Shown: piece after piece, positions 1-15,700 of the stretch
Position numbering within the stretch: the stretch's first letter is position 1
Layout: every line of letters starts with the position of its first letter
Origin: Paraspadella gotoi
Lineage: Eukaryota > Animalia > Chaetognatha
Reading direction: 5' to 3'
DNA length: 64,000 nt
Assembly: GCA_051294375.1 (NCBI GenBank)
Contig: CM119268.1
Coordinates: 3,884,799-3,948,798 of the forward strand
Made by a program: the position numbers and the translations under genes
Notes under the pieces: model-generated
What the model saw: only the letters and a program-made list of their open reading frames with translations
Databases searched by the model: none
What the model was told of the DNA's origin: nothing

Positions 1-1703
1 CTGTGAGACACGGCTTCAGCGCAAGAGCCTCGGGTGCTTCTTCTTGCCCGATTAGTTTCGGGCAAGGCATGTGTACCTGCTCGAGCTTTCGACGGAGTTC
101 TCGACGGCAAGGAGCATGGCTGCCGTCGCCATGTCTTGGTTCGTCCTTTGAGAAAATTCCCTTTCTTCGATCTTCAATTCGCTCGATTCGTTGTGCGTCT
201 GATTTTGAAAACAAAGAAGGAATTTGGATGATTTTTTTTTATTTCAGTTTCAAATCATCATCATCATCATCATTTCACTACAAGTCTACATTGGATGGAG
301 CAAGTCTTTTGTAGTTCCTCTTCCTCTTCTCTCTCTCTTCTCTCTCATCTCGTTCTCGTCTCTCTCATCTACTCTCTCTCTTCTCTCCTCTCCCTCTCCC
401 TTCTGCTCTCTCTCACTCCACTCTTCTCTCTCTCTCTCTACTCTCTCTCTCATATATCATATATTTACATTGATATTTTAGTTTCTTCTCGTACGTTTAA
501 ATAATAATAATAATAATAATAATAATAATTTCAACCGCTCTAACTTGAGAATCCAGTGAGGTTGTTGCTGTTGCTTCGGTTGCGGGAAAACTAGAGGTTG
601 CCATGGAAACAGTTTTCTCGTCTTCGGTTGAAAATGAAGAAAATATGAATGAAAAAAATTTGAGCGAATTTTTTTTTTCCTTTTAAAAAATTATACACAA
701 TATTAACCGGAATCTTCAATTGTGCCGGGTGTAGCCGCTTCTGGAGCAGGAGGTGGAGTCGCTTCTAAAGTCGATGTAGCATCTTCTGTAGCAGGAGGGG
801 GAGACGCTTCCGAAGTCGATGTAGCGTCTTCTGGAGCCTCTTCTGTAGCAGCTACAGGAGCGGCTTCAGAAGTGGAAGGTGGAGTCGCTTCCAAAGTCGA
901 TCTAGCGTATCCTGGAGCGGCTTCAGTAGCAGTTACAGGAGCGGCGACCGGAGCGGGTTCAGAAGCGGGAGGAGTAGTTAGTTCGATATTCGTTGGCGCG
1001 AAGACTTCAGCCAGCGCTGGAGTCGTTCCTTCTATCCTCGACTGGAGCGAGACGTTGACAGGTCCACCGCCGACGACTCCTTCGAAGGCCTCGAGAAAAG
1101 AGGATAGACTGGAGTCGGGATTGAGGGGGGCGGAGGGGGGCGTGGCTTGGGGGTAAGAAAAGTGGGGAGAAGGGGGGCGGAAGATGGGTACAGTTATTTG
1201 TGTGAATCAGACTGAAAGTGGCGAAGATAGAAAGACAGAGACAGAGACTCCCAGAAATACAGACTAATTGACAAAAGAACGGAAGGACTGACTGTGACTG
1301 CTAATGGACTGAATGAGCTGACAAGCTAACTGACAGATAAAGAGAGAGACAGCCAGACAGCCAGACAAACAAAGAGAATCTTGTAAAATCCCTCCTCTCC
1401 AGAATTACCTTCGTCCGTTTCATTTCCGCCGCCGCTGCCGCTGCCGCTGCCGCTGCCGCCGCCGCCGCCGCCTTCTTTGTCGCTCATGAGGGAACGGGTG
1501 ACGGAGTCCATCATGGAGGTGAGTCCCTCCAACTCGCGGAAGATCGCCTCCGGGTTTGGCTGCGTCGCCGCAGCTGGCTGCGGGGTTGCGGCGGGCTGCG
1601 GATCTGCTTGGTTTTCGACTGACATCTTTAAATGGAGAGGAAAAGTATTGTCAGTTGGAAAAATAAACAACGACTGAGTTTTAAAAATGTGGTAGAGAGA
1701 GAG

Positions 1704-1769
<66 letters not shown>

Positions 1770-2311
1770 ACGTCAGCATTATTAAACTATATTTATTATC
1801 ATTACAAATCACTGATTTTCATTTTAATTCAAACAGTTTAATTACAGTTGAAAACCCTTAAATTTCCCTAATGCCTTAAATCTCGTCAATGCTATCAACA
1901 TGCGGCAGATGCCGTCAATGCCCTAAAAATGACACGAATGCCGCGTCTTGCCTCAGATTCGTTTCCCCCATCGATTTTTCGTTGAACTTCATCGACGTCA
2001 GACATCAAAGCTTCGAGTTCGAGCATCATGGCTTCGGCCTGAGGGAAGTGATAGAAGTAATGATAGAAGTAATGATAGAAGTGAGTGATGAGAAAGAAAA
2101 AAAACATAATGACAGACTAGTTTAATAAATTACATAATTAATATTAGGAAACGAAAGTATAAAAATCAATATCTTAATGTATAGCAAAATAATGTACGTA
2201 AAAATACATCCGTTTAAAATTTAAAATCGCTTCGAAGGTAATGAAATGATAATTAGATTTGAAAAGGGAAATTCATACCTGTGATTCTTTATCTCCGGCT
2301 TCTTCGCTCAT
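1..2311 (-). CDS. Uncharacterised multi-exon protein with repeated EA..ELE.L.S..D.V.R..GGNE motif and a Pro/Ala/Thr/Glu-rich segment; 3' end runs off the window
   Basis: Minus-strand exons: 2311-2279 (MSEEAGDKESQ, GT donor), 2038-1952 (AEAMMLELEALMSDVDEVQRKIDGGNESE, GC donor), 1625-1409 (MSVENQADPQ...GGNETDE), about 1089-707 (PAT/E-rich), and possibly about 625-540 and about 200-1. The first two junctions are in phase; later ones are not fully resolved. Confidence 0.55.
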
Positions 2312-2540
2312 TTTCACGATTTAACGATTTTTCGATTAATAATATTAATAATTAAATATTTTCTGCTCCTTTTCGTTTAAAGAATAAAATTTCAAGCGAA
2401 TCGGATCGGCCAAAAATGAATGAAGTGCGAAATTATTTTGTCACCGAATTTTAAATCCGCACGTTTCCCCTTTTCACAAAAATTGTGAAAAACGTTAAAC
2501 TATTTTTTCTCATTTGACGCTAAAATCCCCGTGAAAGGAA

Positions 2541-2660
<120 letters not shown>

Positions 2661-3614
2661 GGCGTAATTAGTAGAATTAATTTAATTATCCCAGGTCAAG
2701 ATCGCCGCGCAGCCTTTTGTTTCGTAAAAAAGAAAACTTTCTTTTTCTTCTTCTTCTTTTTTTTTATTTTCGGGTGAAACTCGAGAGATCGAGAGACACG
2801 CAAAGATCGAGAGAGTATTTCTATTTTTAGAACTACTCTTTGTAACGAAAAATTAAATATCTAAACGTTAGCGGAGCGTGACTGGTCCTCGAAGGCTCGA
2901 AGAGCTGTCGGGAGTCTGTCGGGCGTGACACAGTGACACCGTGACAGTCACGAAAATCACGAGGAAAAAACGAAGAGGACGAGCGTGAATCGTGAAAAGT
3001 CGTGAAGAACTGAAAAATAATCGATGACATAAAAACGTAAAAATCTGACACGATTTTTTTTTTGGTTTCTTATTTAAGGGGAGGAGCACAAGTTTTGGGA
3101 CCTATATTGATTAGTAAGGGCTAATTTTCTACTTTTTACTCTCGCTGTCACCAACTTCGGTCACGTGATCGGGAAAAAGGCGAAAAAAAGAACCAAAAAG
3201 AAAAGGCAATGCTGACGAACCTCTGAAATAAAATAAAATAAAATAAAATAAAATAAAATTATCCATTCATTCGATAAATATGTTATCTTGGAGAGGATAT
3301 GGATATGAATGGCCAAGGCCTCTATCCCCCTTAAAACATCGTAAAATAGAGAGACCAAGCAAGTTTCAATCTCTCAGGGTCTTGTTTATTCGCACCCAGA
3401 GTGGCTGGCTTCTCTATTGATGAAGTGATTAAATTTTTTTAAGAACGAATTCAATTTCGTAAGAGATTCACTCTCATATTTTGCTCACCTTATCGAGTTC
3501 AGTTCCTTGAATAATTCTGTTACAGATAAGTAATTCGACAATACTATTTATAGTCCAACTTTGTTGCTATTAGGTCACGTTTAAAAATCAATATCGGAAT
3601 TTTGCCCAAAGAAA

Positions 3615-3686
3615 TAGCAGCGGATGGTTTCGATCCATCGACCTCTGGGTTATGGGCCCAGCACGCTTCCACTGCGCCACGCTGCT
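3615..3686 (-). tRNA. tRNA-iMet: Initiator tRNA-Met (CAT)
   Basis: Reverse complement reads AGCAGCGTGGCGCAGTGGAAGCGTGCTGGGCCCATAACCCAGAGGTCGATGGATCGAAACCATCCGCTGCTA. It has the A1-U72 pair, three G-C pairs in the anticodon stem and the ATCGAAA T-loop typical of eukaryotic iMet. Confidence 0.97.
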
Positions 3687-3785
3687 ACTTATGAGTTGGA
3701 TAAATTTATGTTATATATGTTATTCATGTTAATTAAATAATTTATATATAGAATTTATAGATGGCTTTGAAAAATGCTTTAGTGT

Positions 3786-3858
3786 GCCCGGTTAGCTCAG
3801 TCGGTAGAGCATTAGACTTTTAATCTGAGGGTCAAGGGTTCAAGCCCCTTACTGGGTG
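3786..3858 (+). tRNA. tRNA-Lys: tRNA-Lys (TTT)
   Basis: GCCCGGTTAGCTCAGTCGGTAGAGCATTAGACTTTTAATCTGAGGGTCAAGGGTTCAAGCCCCTTACTGGGTG folds into a cloverleaf with several G-U pairs. A T-run follows at about 3905. Confidence 0.9.
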
Positions 3859-4854
3859 TAACTTAAGATGCTTAATGACTTCCATTTAACATAAGCACTT
3901 ACAGTTTTTAAATATTATTTCCCTCTTTTTTTTTTAAATTTACTTACCAGCACGAAATTAGATAATTTCTCTTTCTATCTCTCTCAGCGTCAGCATCAGC
4001 AGCAGCAGCGGCGTTGTCTTTAATTTCGTCAAGTCGCAAACGTAAGCAACGATTTTTTGTCAATTTTATCATCGTCCAAAAAAAATGTCACCGTCATTGT
4101 CAGCACACAGTGCACACAGTGCACAGTCTTTGTTTTTGTAGTCGATATTATTTGACGTCGTCGTAGTCGTCGTCGTCATCGTCGTCTTTATCGTCGTTTT
4201 AGCCTTCAATGTCATCGTCCATTGAGAAAAGGTCACTGTAATCGCTGTCATTGTTGTCGTCGTCATTTATGTCACCGGCGTCGTCATCGTCGTAGTCGAC
4301 GTCGTTCGTCTCCATCAAACGGGCGTCGAGAGGAATTTCAAGAGGCGAGCGCCATCTGCGTCTCTCGACCGCTGGGCGGCGCCGTCGAAAGTTAAGTGGG
4401 ACGGGCTCAGGAAGAAGGGCTGGGGGAGACGGGCTCAGGAAGAAGGGCTGGGGGAGACGGGCGCTGGAACATGGGGTGGGGGAGATGGGCGCTAGAAGAG
4501 GAGTTGGATGTGGGAATTGTGGGATGTAGAAGGAGGTGAAGAAGTTGAAAGGAATAAAAAAAGAATGAGGAAAAAAAAGGCGCCACTCTAATCCAATCCC
4601 CATCAAATGGTGTTTTATCCTTATTCAACCTTTCCCCTTCCCCTTCCTTTTTTTAAAGCTTCATTAATTTAACGCCAGGAGGAGAGAGGAAAAAAAGGGC
4701 TAAGAAAAATATAAAAACATCGCGGGGAATTAATAGCGTCTCAGAAGAGAAAACTAAACTTAAGCACAAGATTTTTCTTTTTTTTTTCTTTCCTTTTTGT
4801 TTACTCGTTTTTGGCTCATATTAAGACAAATGTTTCATGAGAGGTAAGACAGGG

Positions 4855-4909
<55 letters not shown>

Positions 4910-4912
<3 letters not shown>

Positions 4913-5370
4913 CGATGACGACCATGAAGACAATGACGAAGATAATGTTTTCGTTTAAGTCGTTGAAACGGAAAGGAAAGGGTAAGTTAATACGCGTACA
5001 AGAGTTGAAAATGTCTCAAACGAGAAGGAAGATGACGACGACGATGTCGTTGAAAAGACAGAGACGAGCGGTCGACGAACGACGACGAACGATGAGCCGA
5101 ATGAAGACGACGACGAACGATGACGACGACGACGACGGACGACAGCACGACGAGACGCGAACGTGTGCCGAATGAGAACGCGACGACGGGAACGATGACG
5201 ACGACGAACGACGACGACGAAGATGACGCCGGAACTGATGACGACGACGAACGAGACGACGAGAAAGACGACGACGACGAACGATGACGACCGAATGAGA
5301 CGACGACGAACGATGACGACCGGAGAACGACGACGACGAACGATGTCGCCGAATGATGACGAACGACGAA

Positions 5371-5401
<31 letters not shown>

Positions 5402-5860
5402 ATGACGACGACGACGGAAACGAGAACATGACGCGAATGATGACGACGACGAACGATGACGACCGACGAGACGGTACACGACGAGTCGACGACGACGAAC
5501 GAGCGACGAATGAAGCCGACGCCGATGAGGACGACGACGACGACGACGAACGACCGAACGACGACGATGACGACGAACGACGTGACGACGACGCACGACG
5601 GACGAACAGACATAGTGGCGAATGAAGACCGCGCGAACGATGACGACGACGACGACGTACACGACACGGACAAGACGAGACCGAGAACGAACGACGAACG
5701 ATGTCGCCTGAAGACGACGACGAAGATGACGACGACGAGTACGACCGACGACGACGCACGAACGAGTGACGCCGATGCGAGGACGAACGATGACGCGCAA
5801 CGCGCACGACGATGGACGACGACGACGAAGTAACGACGAGACGACGACGGACGCGACGAA
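4910..5860. repeat. Degenerate (GAC/GAT/GAAC)n low-complexity tract of about 950 bp
   Basis: Near-continuous GACGAC/ACGAAC units. All ORFs here are repeat translations. Confidence 0.9.
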
Positions 5861-6009
5861 ATGAAGAGGAGTTAAATCCCTTCGAATCAATGGAGAGAAA
5901 AATTCTTATTTCGTTTTCGAGTTTCGTCTCCTCACTCGACGAAGCCTTGAGTCGCCGAGACATTGAAAGAACTTACCTTTTTGCTTAGAGAACACCTCAT
6001 CTTTTCCTT

Positions 6010-6170
6010 TTTATATTATTCCTAACCCCTTTTTCTTTCTTTTTCTATCCTTTTATTATTCCTAACCCTTTTAAATCTTTTTCTATACTTTTATTATTCC
6101 TAACCCTTTTAAATCTTTTTCTATCTTTTTATTATTCCTAACCCTCTTAAATCTTTTTCTATCCTTTTTT
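6010..6170. repeat. About 40 bp tandem minisatellite (TATTATTCCTAACCCTTTTAAATCTTTTTCTAT...), about 4 copies
   Basis: Direct inspection of the repeated units. Confidence 0.85.
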
Positions 6171-6433
6171 CTCCATCCTTTCATCTTCCTATCCGCCAGA
6201 ACTCCTTTCTCTCTCTCTCTCAGGTATTTCGCTAACTTCCTCTTTTCCTCCCTCTCTTCCTTATTCCTCGCTCTATTTCCTCTCTCTTCCTCCACACCCC
6301 CCATTTTTACGAAAATAACCTCTTCCCCCGCCCCACATCCCTCACCCCCCCCCTGTCGCCTAAACTGCCTTCAGACGAACTCGAAAATCACTGAGATTTT
6401 CTTTTTTACTTTTTACTTTTTTCTTTCTTTTTT

Positions 6434-6525
6434 AGTTGCGCCACGAGTACTCGCGGAGCAACTCTATAAATCACTTTTCGGTCGGTCGGTCGGTAGGTCT
6501 GTCCATCGGTCTGTCCTCCTTACGT
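6434..6525 (+). mobile_element. Probable HINE/DINE-1-like (Helentron-associated) element head
   Basis: A T-run is followed by a short hairpin (AGTTGC...GCAACT) and then a (GGTC/GTCY) microsatellite, the layout typical of these elements. Confidence 0.4.
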
Positions 6526-7005
6526 TAAAAATGTATATAATTTATAGTTGGTTGCTCTTTTGTTAAGACAGAAATCTAAGGGACTGCTAGCGCCACCTTC
6601 AGGAAATCCTAAAACTATAAGGAATAAAAGACTAAATTTTGATTCAGTGCATGTCATAAATACTCAGGCTAAGAAAGTTATTGTAGTCATGTAGTCATGT
6701 CATGTCACGTCACGTCACCTCATATCATGTCACGAGAAATAAACGTGATAAGGCAGTCACTGCGGTGCTACACATTTGAATTACCCTTCTAGTTTTCTTT
6801 TTAAATTCTTTACTATTTTCGGTTTTCAAAGTAAAACGATTTCTCTCTTGACGAATCCGCGCTCCAATTTCTCAAGTTTTCCGTTGTTTCATTTTATTTG
6901 TTTTGTTTGTTTATATAATACATAGGTTTCTTATTTGTTGTTTTCTTTTGTTTCGCCGCCAAAATTGGATTTGAAATAGATTATAAATCACAATTTATTG
7001 TATAC

Positions 7006-7736
7006 TGTGGCAGCAAGACTTAAAGCTGCCTCACTGCTGTCCGTCCTCAGCCTCGTCTCAATGGCTGAGCAGGCTAAATCATCTCATTCCATCCGTGCGT
7101 CCCGGGTTCAATCCCTGGGTATCCCGGTTCTGGCTTAAATGTGACGGTGCCGGTATAAACATGCCAGTGACAGGAGGTGGTCACTGAGGGTCCGCAGCCC
7201 CTATGCCAGTTGGTGAGATACCCCGCGCCCCGGGTATCACAGGCTATCCTCCCGTTGCCATAAGTGGTGAGCCCTACTCTCGAACACGCAACCGCTGCGC
7301 ACCGTGCGCCCACGCTTACGTCGCTTAGGGTATGCATATCAAGCATATGCCCTACTTCTCTGGTAACGCTCCAGACTCGCTCGCTCACCCGCTCGCTCTC
7401 ACTATGGCAATGAGATCAAAACCTTCTCTCAGACATCTCCTCAGGATTGAGGCCCCTGTGGAGAAGTCTGGTGGGGGGATCCTGTGGCAGCAAGACTTAA
7501 AGCTGCCTCACTGCTGTCCGTCCACAGCCTCGTCTCAATGGCTGAGCAGGCTTAATCATCTCATTCCATCCGTGCGTCCCGGGTTCAATCCCTGGGTATC
7601 CCGGTTCTGGCTTAAATGTGACGGTGCCGGTATAAACATGCCAGTGACAGGAGGCGGTCACTGAGGGTCCGCAGCCCCTATGCCAGTTGGCTATACCCGC
7701 GCCCCGGGTATCACAGGCTATCCTCCCGTTGCCATA
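7006..7736 (+). mobile_element. TRIM (non-autonomous LTR element), family A, with tRNA-derived A/B boxes in the LTR (Helenus-like)
   Basis: LTRs at 7006-7262 and 7483-7736 (TGTGGCA...TGCCATA). PBS TGGTGAGCCCTAC at about 7265; G-rich PPT directly before 7483; 4-bp TSD ATAC (7002-7005 and 7737-7740). A-box TGGCTGAGCAGG at 7062 and B-box GGTTCAATCCC at 7105. Confidence 0.9.
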
Positions 7737-8437
7737 ATACATCCTTATCATGAAATAATATCATTATGCTATCGAAACGATGCACGAGGACGAAACAACG
7801 GATACTAAACAAGAAAGAGTCACAAAATACAATGTGGAGATTACAGACTCGATCTTCGACTTTCACGGCCACGCGTCGTCCATCCAACGCATTCGGCCAC
7901 GAGGGACGAAACCAGCGAAGGAAAGAATTACTTTAAAAGAAGAAAGAAAGAGAAAAAGAGAAAAAAGGTTGACATTCGTCCCTTTCCGCCCCTTTGACTC
8001 CTTTTTTTCCTTCATTCATTTAGAAGGAAAAAAATATATTTTTTTTATTCTGCGTCGAGTGGACGCGATTGGCTTCGGCAGCCATTTTGGCTTTTCTTTC
8101 TTTCCTTTTTTCCTCCTTTATGTCTTTCTTTTTTCCTTCTTTCTTTCTTTCTTTCTTTTTTTCTTTCTTTCTTTCTTCCTTCCTTCTTTCCTTCCAGTCT
8201 TTTCTTTTTTTTCGATTGTTTAAATTTTAATACATTTCGTTCTTGATTCTCTACTTTTCTTTTCCAATTTTATTTCCCATTTGTAACCGATGCTAACCAA
8301 ACTTCATTCCACAACAACAACTACTTTCTCCACCCTCTCCGCCGACTGCGTCCCCCGCCTTCTTCAGTTCCGCCCTCGACTGATCTGCCCTTTCGCCTTT
8401 CCTCTCTCTTTCTTTCTATCTCCTCTTTTTTCTCTCT

Positions 8438-8475
<38 letters not shown>

Positions 8476-8566
8476 CTCTCTGCTCTCTGCCCTTTCGCCT
8501 TTCCTTCCACAAATGGATCGATGAAAGGTTTAACCTCTCCGTCCATTTCCCAACTCTTTCCTGGAT

Positions 8567-8640
<74 letters not shown>

Positions 8641-8926
8641 CTCTCTCTTTTTTCCTTCCCCTTTTTTTAAACTTTAAACAATTCCACCGTCACACCCTTA
8701 TTTCAGCCACCACTTTCATTCCCCTATCACCCTTCCACCCCCCTAACCCCCGGCCCTTCTCAAGCCCCCTTCCAAACCCCTTCTCGTCTTCGACCCCCTA
8801 ATTGCTCCGCAATTCCTTTGCGTCACTCCTCCTGTCGTCCTCGTGATTTATTTCCCACATTTCATTAACATTTCAACGGAGGAATACATATTTTCTGAGT
8901 AGGGGTTTCGCTCCGGTAAAGTCAAG

Positions 8927-8996
<70 letters not shown>

Positions 8997-8997
8997 C

Positions 8998-9031
<34 letters not shown>

Positions 9032-10344
9032 CTAATGCCCGTCGTCCCCATTTATCCTCTGTTTTTGTTTCGTCTCTAAGATTTCTTATCTTTTTATTCC
9101 TTTTATCTTTTCTTTTAATTTTCATTTTAATCTTGATCTCATCTTTTTTTCTCTCTTCTTTAATGTAATTGTCTTTTCTTTTTTCCCCTCACATCTTTCT
9201 GTCTTTCTCTTCTTTCATTTTCTCTTTCTTCCGTCTCTCTCTCTCCCTCTCACTCTTCCTCACATTCATTCGCTCCCGTAGTTAAAAGGTGTAATTTCCA
9301 GTCAAACGCTTTTAATTCTCCGTCTCTTTCTCCTTCTCTTTTTCTTTCCTTTTCCAAACTCTAGTTTCTCCGATGATCTTTCCCATTTCCCTAATTATTT
9401 CCTTTCTTTTTTCTTTCCTCCTTTTTATTCCTTTTTCTACTTCTATCCTGTTTCTATTCTATTCCGCTTTCATGCCATCGCTCGACGTTTCCTTTAGAAT
9501 CCTATTAAGAGTAGCCTCTTCAAACTTCATTACAGATAATCATTGCCAATATTTCTCTCCCCACTAGTATATAAATTTATTCTCTCAGGAGTCCTTTTTT
9601 TTTAAATTCTAATTTTGGACCATTTCGTCTTAATCAATTTCGAAATTAAGTTAATTTTTAGGTTTAAAAGGTTAGTTAAAAGGTTTCGGTTAAGGGTTAG
9701 AGATTGGGGTTCGGATTTGGGTTATAGGTTTGTTAACAGATTTAGGTTTAATATTAAAATGTAAATGAATATCTGTGAGTAAGTAACAGAAATGGGGCGT
9801 TTATGAAAAAGAGTGCCCAGAGCTTTTGTTTATTTTATTTTTTCCTTTTTATTTCCTGCTTCCTTTCCAATTCACAGCTGGGGTCACGTGACAGTTTATA
9901 GCTAATCTGAATCTCCTCTAGGTTATGATGAATAATGAATGATAAATGATAAATGATAAATGATAAATGATAATCGCTCTTTGTATAAAAAGATTGAATC
10001 AATCGTTCGATCTTCGTGATTCATCCTCGTCCCTTTGGACAGTGGGACAGGATAAGTCCGGTTTGAACGGATGCACAATTAGCTAAATCAATTTATTATT
10101 TTTTAAACTTTTTTGTAAACTTTAGAATGTAGTTTATGTAAATTTATTTTTTTCTTTCTTCCAAGATTTATATTTCGATGATTTAACTTTCAATTATTCG
10201 TCGCTTCATGCATCCATTCCTTAAAGCTTTGATCTATTTAGTAATTAAAACAGCTTATTCGACCGTAAAGTTATCGATATAATAAGATTATTAACATAAA
10301 TTTTGTATTTTAAATAAACTTTCGACACTAACCAAAATATCCAG

Positions 10345-12510
<2,166 letters not shown>

Positions 12511-12794
12511 TAGCGAACAACGAAACAGTTGAATTCAACTCGAATTAAAAATGCAAAGTCCGCGCAAGAAAAAAAAAAATGTTTTTCTCATTGATATTTT
12601 ATAATTATATTGTCATTGTGACGACACTGAGGGCGCCAAACAAAAAGTACGAAACAGTGGATATAAAAAATGGGGAATGACATGAACATGACATGAGCGA
12701 TGTCACTTTGTGATCTCTTTCTTTCACCGACCACCTCTCGGTCGACCTACTGCTACCGACCAGCGACTCAGCCATATTGCCGCCACTGGCCAAA

Positions 12795-15700
12795 GAGAGC
12801 GTCCTCGCTCCTGTTCCCTCAGTCATGTAGCCTCCAGGGATCAACTTCGTCTCCGGTGGCGTTGAATACATCAACGCCACCACGTCAACGGAGACTTCAT
12901 GCCGGGATTTCCGGATTTGGACCGGAGATACATTCTGACGCAGGTGAGGAGTATTCTGGTGAGGGGGTTGGGGATTAGTCTGGGTAAGGGTCAGAGAATT
13001 CGAAACGAAGTACTTAACCCTAAATCGAGCTAAAGGGGTGGCCGCAATTTTTTTTCGACCGGGTAATTCGTATTTATATCCATGTTTAAAAACCTCAATT
13101 CCCGATTTGGTTTTAATTATTATTTTGCGTATATATAATCTGACTCATTTTCGCATAACGTTTTAGCCAATTATCATGCATTTATATTTTGTATTTAATT
13201 ATTACATTATTAGTAACTTACCCTAATAACTACAAATAAACATATAATCCACCATGATCGGAGTAACGGTGTTTTTGAGGGTTAGTTGACGAGATATTTA
13301 AACGTTATATTTATTATTCTTTAACTTGAGGTGTTCAATTCGTTTGTTTAATTGGCATTTCAAGGATTTTAAAGTTTAATCGTTTATTACATAAGTTCTA
13401 ATTATGTAGACAACAGGAGACAATAACGAATTTAAAGCAAGATGGCATTATGTAGTTTCCATTTTTAGCAAGGAGTATACAGCACTAAAAACTAAAAAAT
13501 AACAAATTTATTAGAAAACTTATTCTTTAAAGAAAAAATAATCATTTTTTACAAGACAAATACTAACATCCTTTTAGCGCAGGAGTGACTCAAACATAGT
13601 GAAGCTACCTTTTATATAAGGGTTTGACTTTTGTTTCTAACAAAATATTTACAACACTTATTTCAAGATGGCAGCCACAATAAATTTTAGTTAGTAATAT
13701 ATAGGATTACGTCGTTGCTACATGTTATAGAGAAAACAAGAAGACCAATAAATTTAAATCATAAATGTCAAAAAAGTATTCCAACAACACGGGACCTTTG
13801 GATCACGGATCAAACCGTGCCTCAGCTTTTTGGCAAATGATGTGGGAGCAAAATTGTCGGCGCTATCGTCATGTTGAAACAAATGTCATGGAGAATAATA
13901 GACCTAAATGCGCCTCGTAAGTCTTTTATTATTATTAATATTATTATTATTATATATTTTTTAGTATTGATATTTAACAATTCTTAAAGAGTTTTCAGCA
14001 AGAAGTCAAATTTTAATTGTCTTCTTGAGATTATCCACAAATTATTTCTTAGCCTTTTATTTAGCTACTTGAGCAATAGTTATTGACACACAAAAAACAT
14101 TCGAAATACCGTTTATATTCCAAACACATTCCATAAATTTATTTATCCGATTCATTCATCCGGGAAAACGAAACCACCAATACAATCTGCAAATACTTCA
14201 AAAACTTCATTGTCCATCGACTCCTGCAATACCTCGCAACCGCGATTCCTCCGTGGTCTAGGTATTGGCCTCTCGGTCGCGAGTTTGGCGACAACGACGG
14301 TTCAGCTTCGATGGCCCTCGATTTGGAAGCTCATGTTTCGTTGTGCCATGGAAACCGAAGGATTGCTACAACTACTTGACCAGTCGCTCGGTCGGTCGGT
14401 CTGATGGGTCTATCCGAGTGCTCATTGTATTGCTATTTTCTTACTTGGTTTCTTGGTTTCTTGGTTTCTTTGTTTCTTTCTTTATTTCTTTCTTTTGATC
14501 AGACTAGCAGCTCCCGACAGAAAAAGAACATCAGTAACAACAACCGCTTCAACAGCAACAACAACAACACACAAAGTCGTGAGATTCTACACCTTTCACT
14601 TCACGACTTGGCCAGACTTTGGAGTTCCCTTCGAGTCAAAGGACATGATGTCGCTTCTCTACGGCCGTGACTCCATTACTGGCTTTTATTTATTATTAAT
14701 TATTATTAAATTTACATAATCTGTTGTAAAACAAAAAAACTCTTTTAAAATTTTTGCGAAAAATAAAATTTTCTTTTTATCTTTTTAGTTGAAAAAAAAA
14801 AAGCACGTCTAAACAGAGCTTTCTTTTTATTTGCTCTGAACTAAAAATACTACTTTTCCTTTTAATTTCGATTGTCTTTTGTTTATTTGCTAAAAGTAAA
14901 AGCCAGCGGCGCTTTGGATGCACGGGGCGCCGCCACCTAGTCGTTCACTGCAGGCGCGGGAAGCGAAGATCAGGATCTTTTATTCTCATCGATTCGATGC
15001 TTTTCCCTCATGAAAGCCAGAGTAGGACGAAGAGTAGAGAAAGAAAAGAGAGCGAAGTGAGATAACGAGATAGAAAACCCTTTTTGTCAAACTTCAACGA
15101 CAGAACACGATGGAACCTTGCGACATGGTGCAGCTCCTCATTGGTCTCCGAAAATGCAGAATGAGTTTGGTTCAATCTTGGGAACAGTTTCGTTTTTGGC
15201 TATCAGGTCGCGATCTAATTTTGTCCGTGTTTTCAGCGATAAAAAAAGGGATAAAAATGAAACAATTATTTAATTGCTCTGCCCTGTCAAATTTAAAAAA
15301 AAAACCCTTTTGATGTACCAACATAAAATTAAAAATAATATACTATCGTTAACGACCTAGGGTTTTTTTTTTCCGTTTTTCGCACGTCCCTAACTTTCGT
15401 AATGATTTGTATAAAGGAGGCACATGTACTCGACATATACTTTCCACTCCCCCCCCCTTCTGTCCCCTTTTCCCGCGGCAACAGGCCGTCGTGGACGAAG
15501 CGAAACGTCATTTCCGCGCCGACGACGAACGAACTCGGGGTCGCGGCAGTCCTCCGTCGGCATCTCGGGCACCAAGTAGGGTAGGGTGAGGTTACGGTGG
15601 GTAACAATGGGTGATGGTTCAGTAGTTTTAAGCTTAATATTTAACTTTAATGTCTTACAAATATATCTAACCAAACCCGTAACCCTAATATAATTTTTTA

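Noticed and set aside
3948-4606. Acidic/Cys-containing minus-strand ORFs near the tRNAs
   Set aside because: They are low complexity, with inconsistent frames and no coherent exon chain, so they cannot be supported as a CDS.
4955-5963. Long ORFs of 228-315 aa rich in R/S/V/D/T
   Set aside because: These are translations of a degenerate GAC repeat, open in several frames for compositional reasons.
9660-9750. Interstitial telomeric repeat
   Set aside because: Only degenerate GGTT-rich units are present, with no run of perfect TTAGGG.
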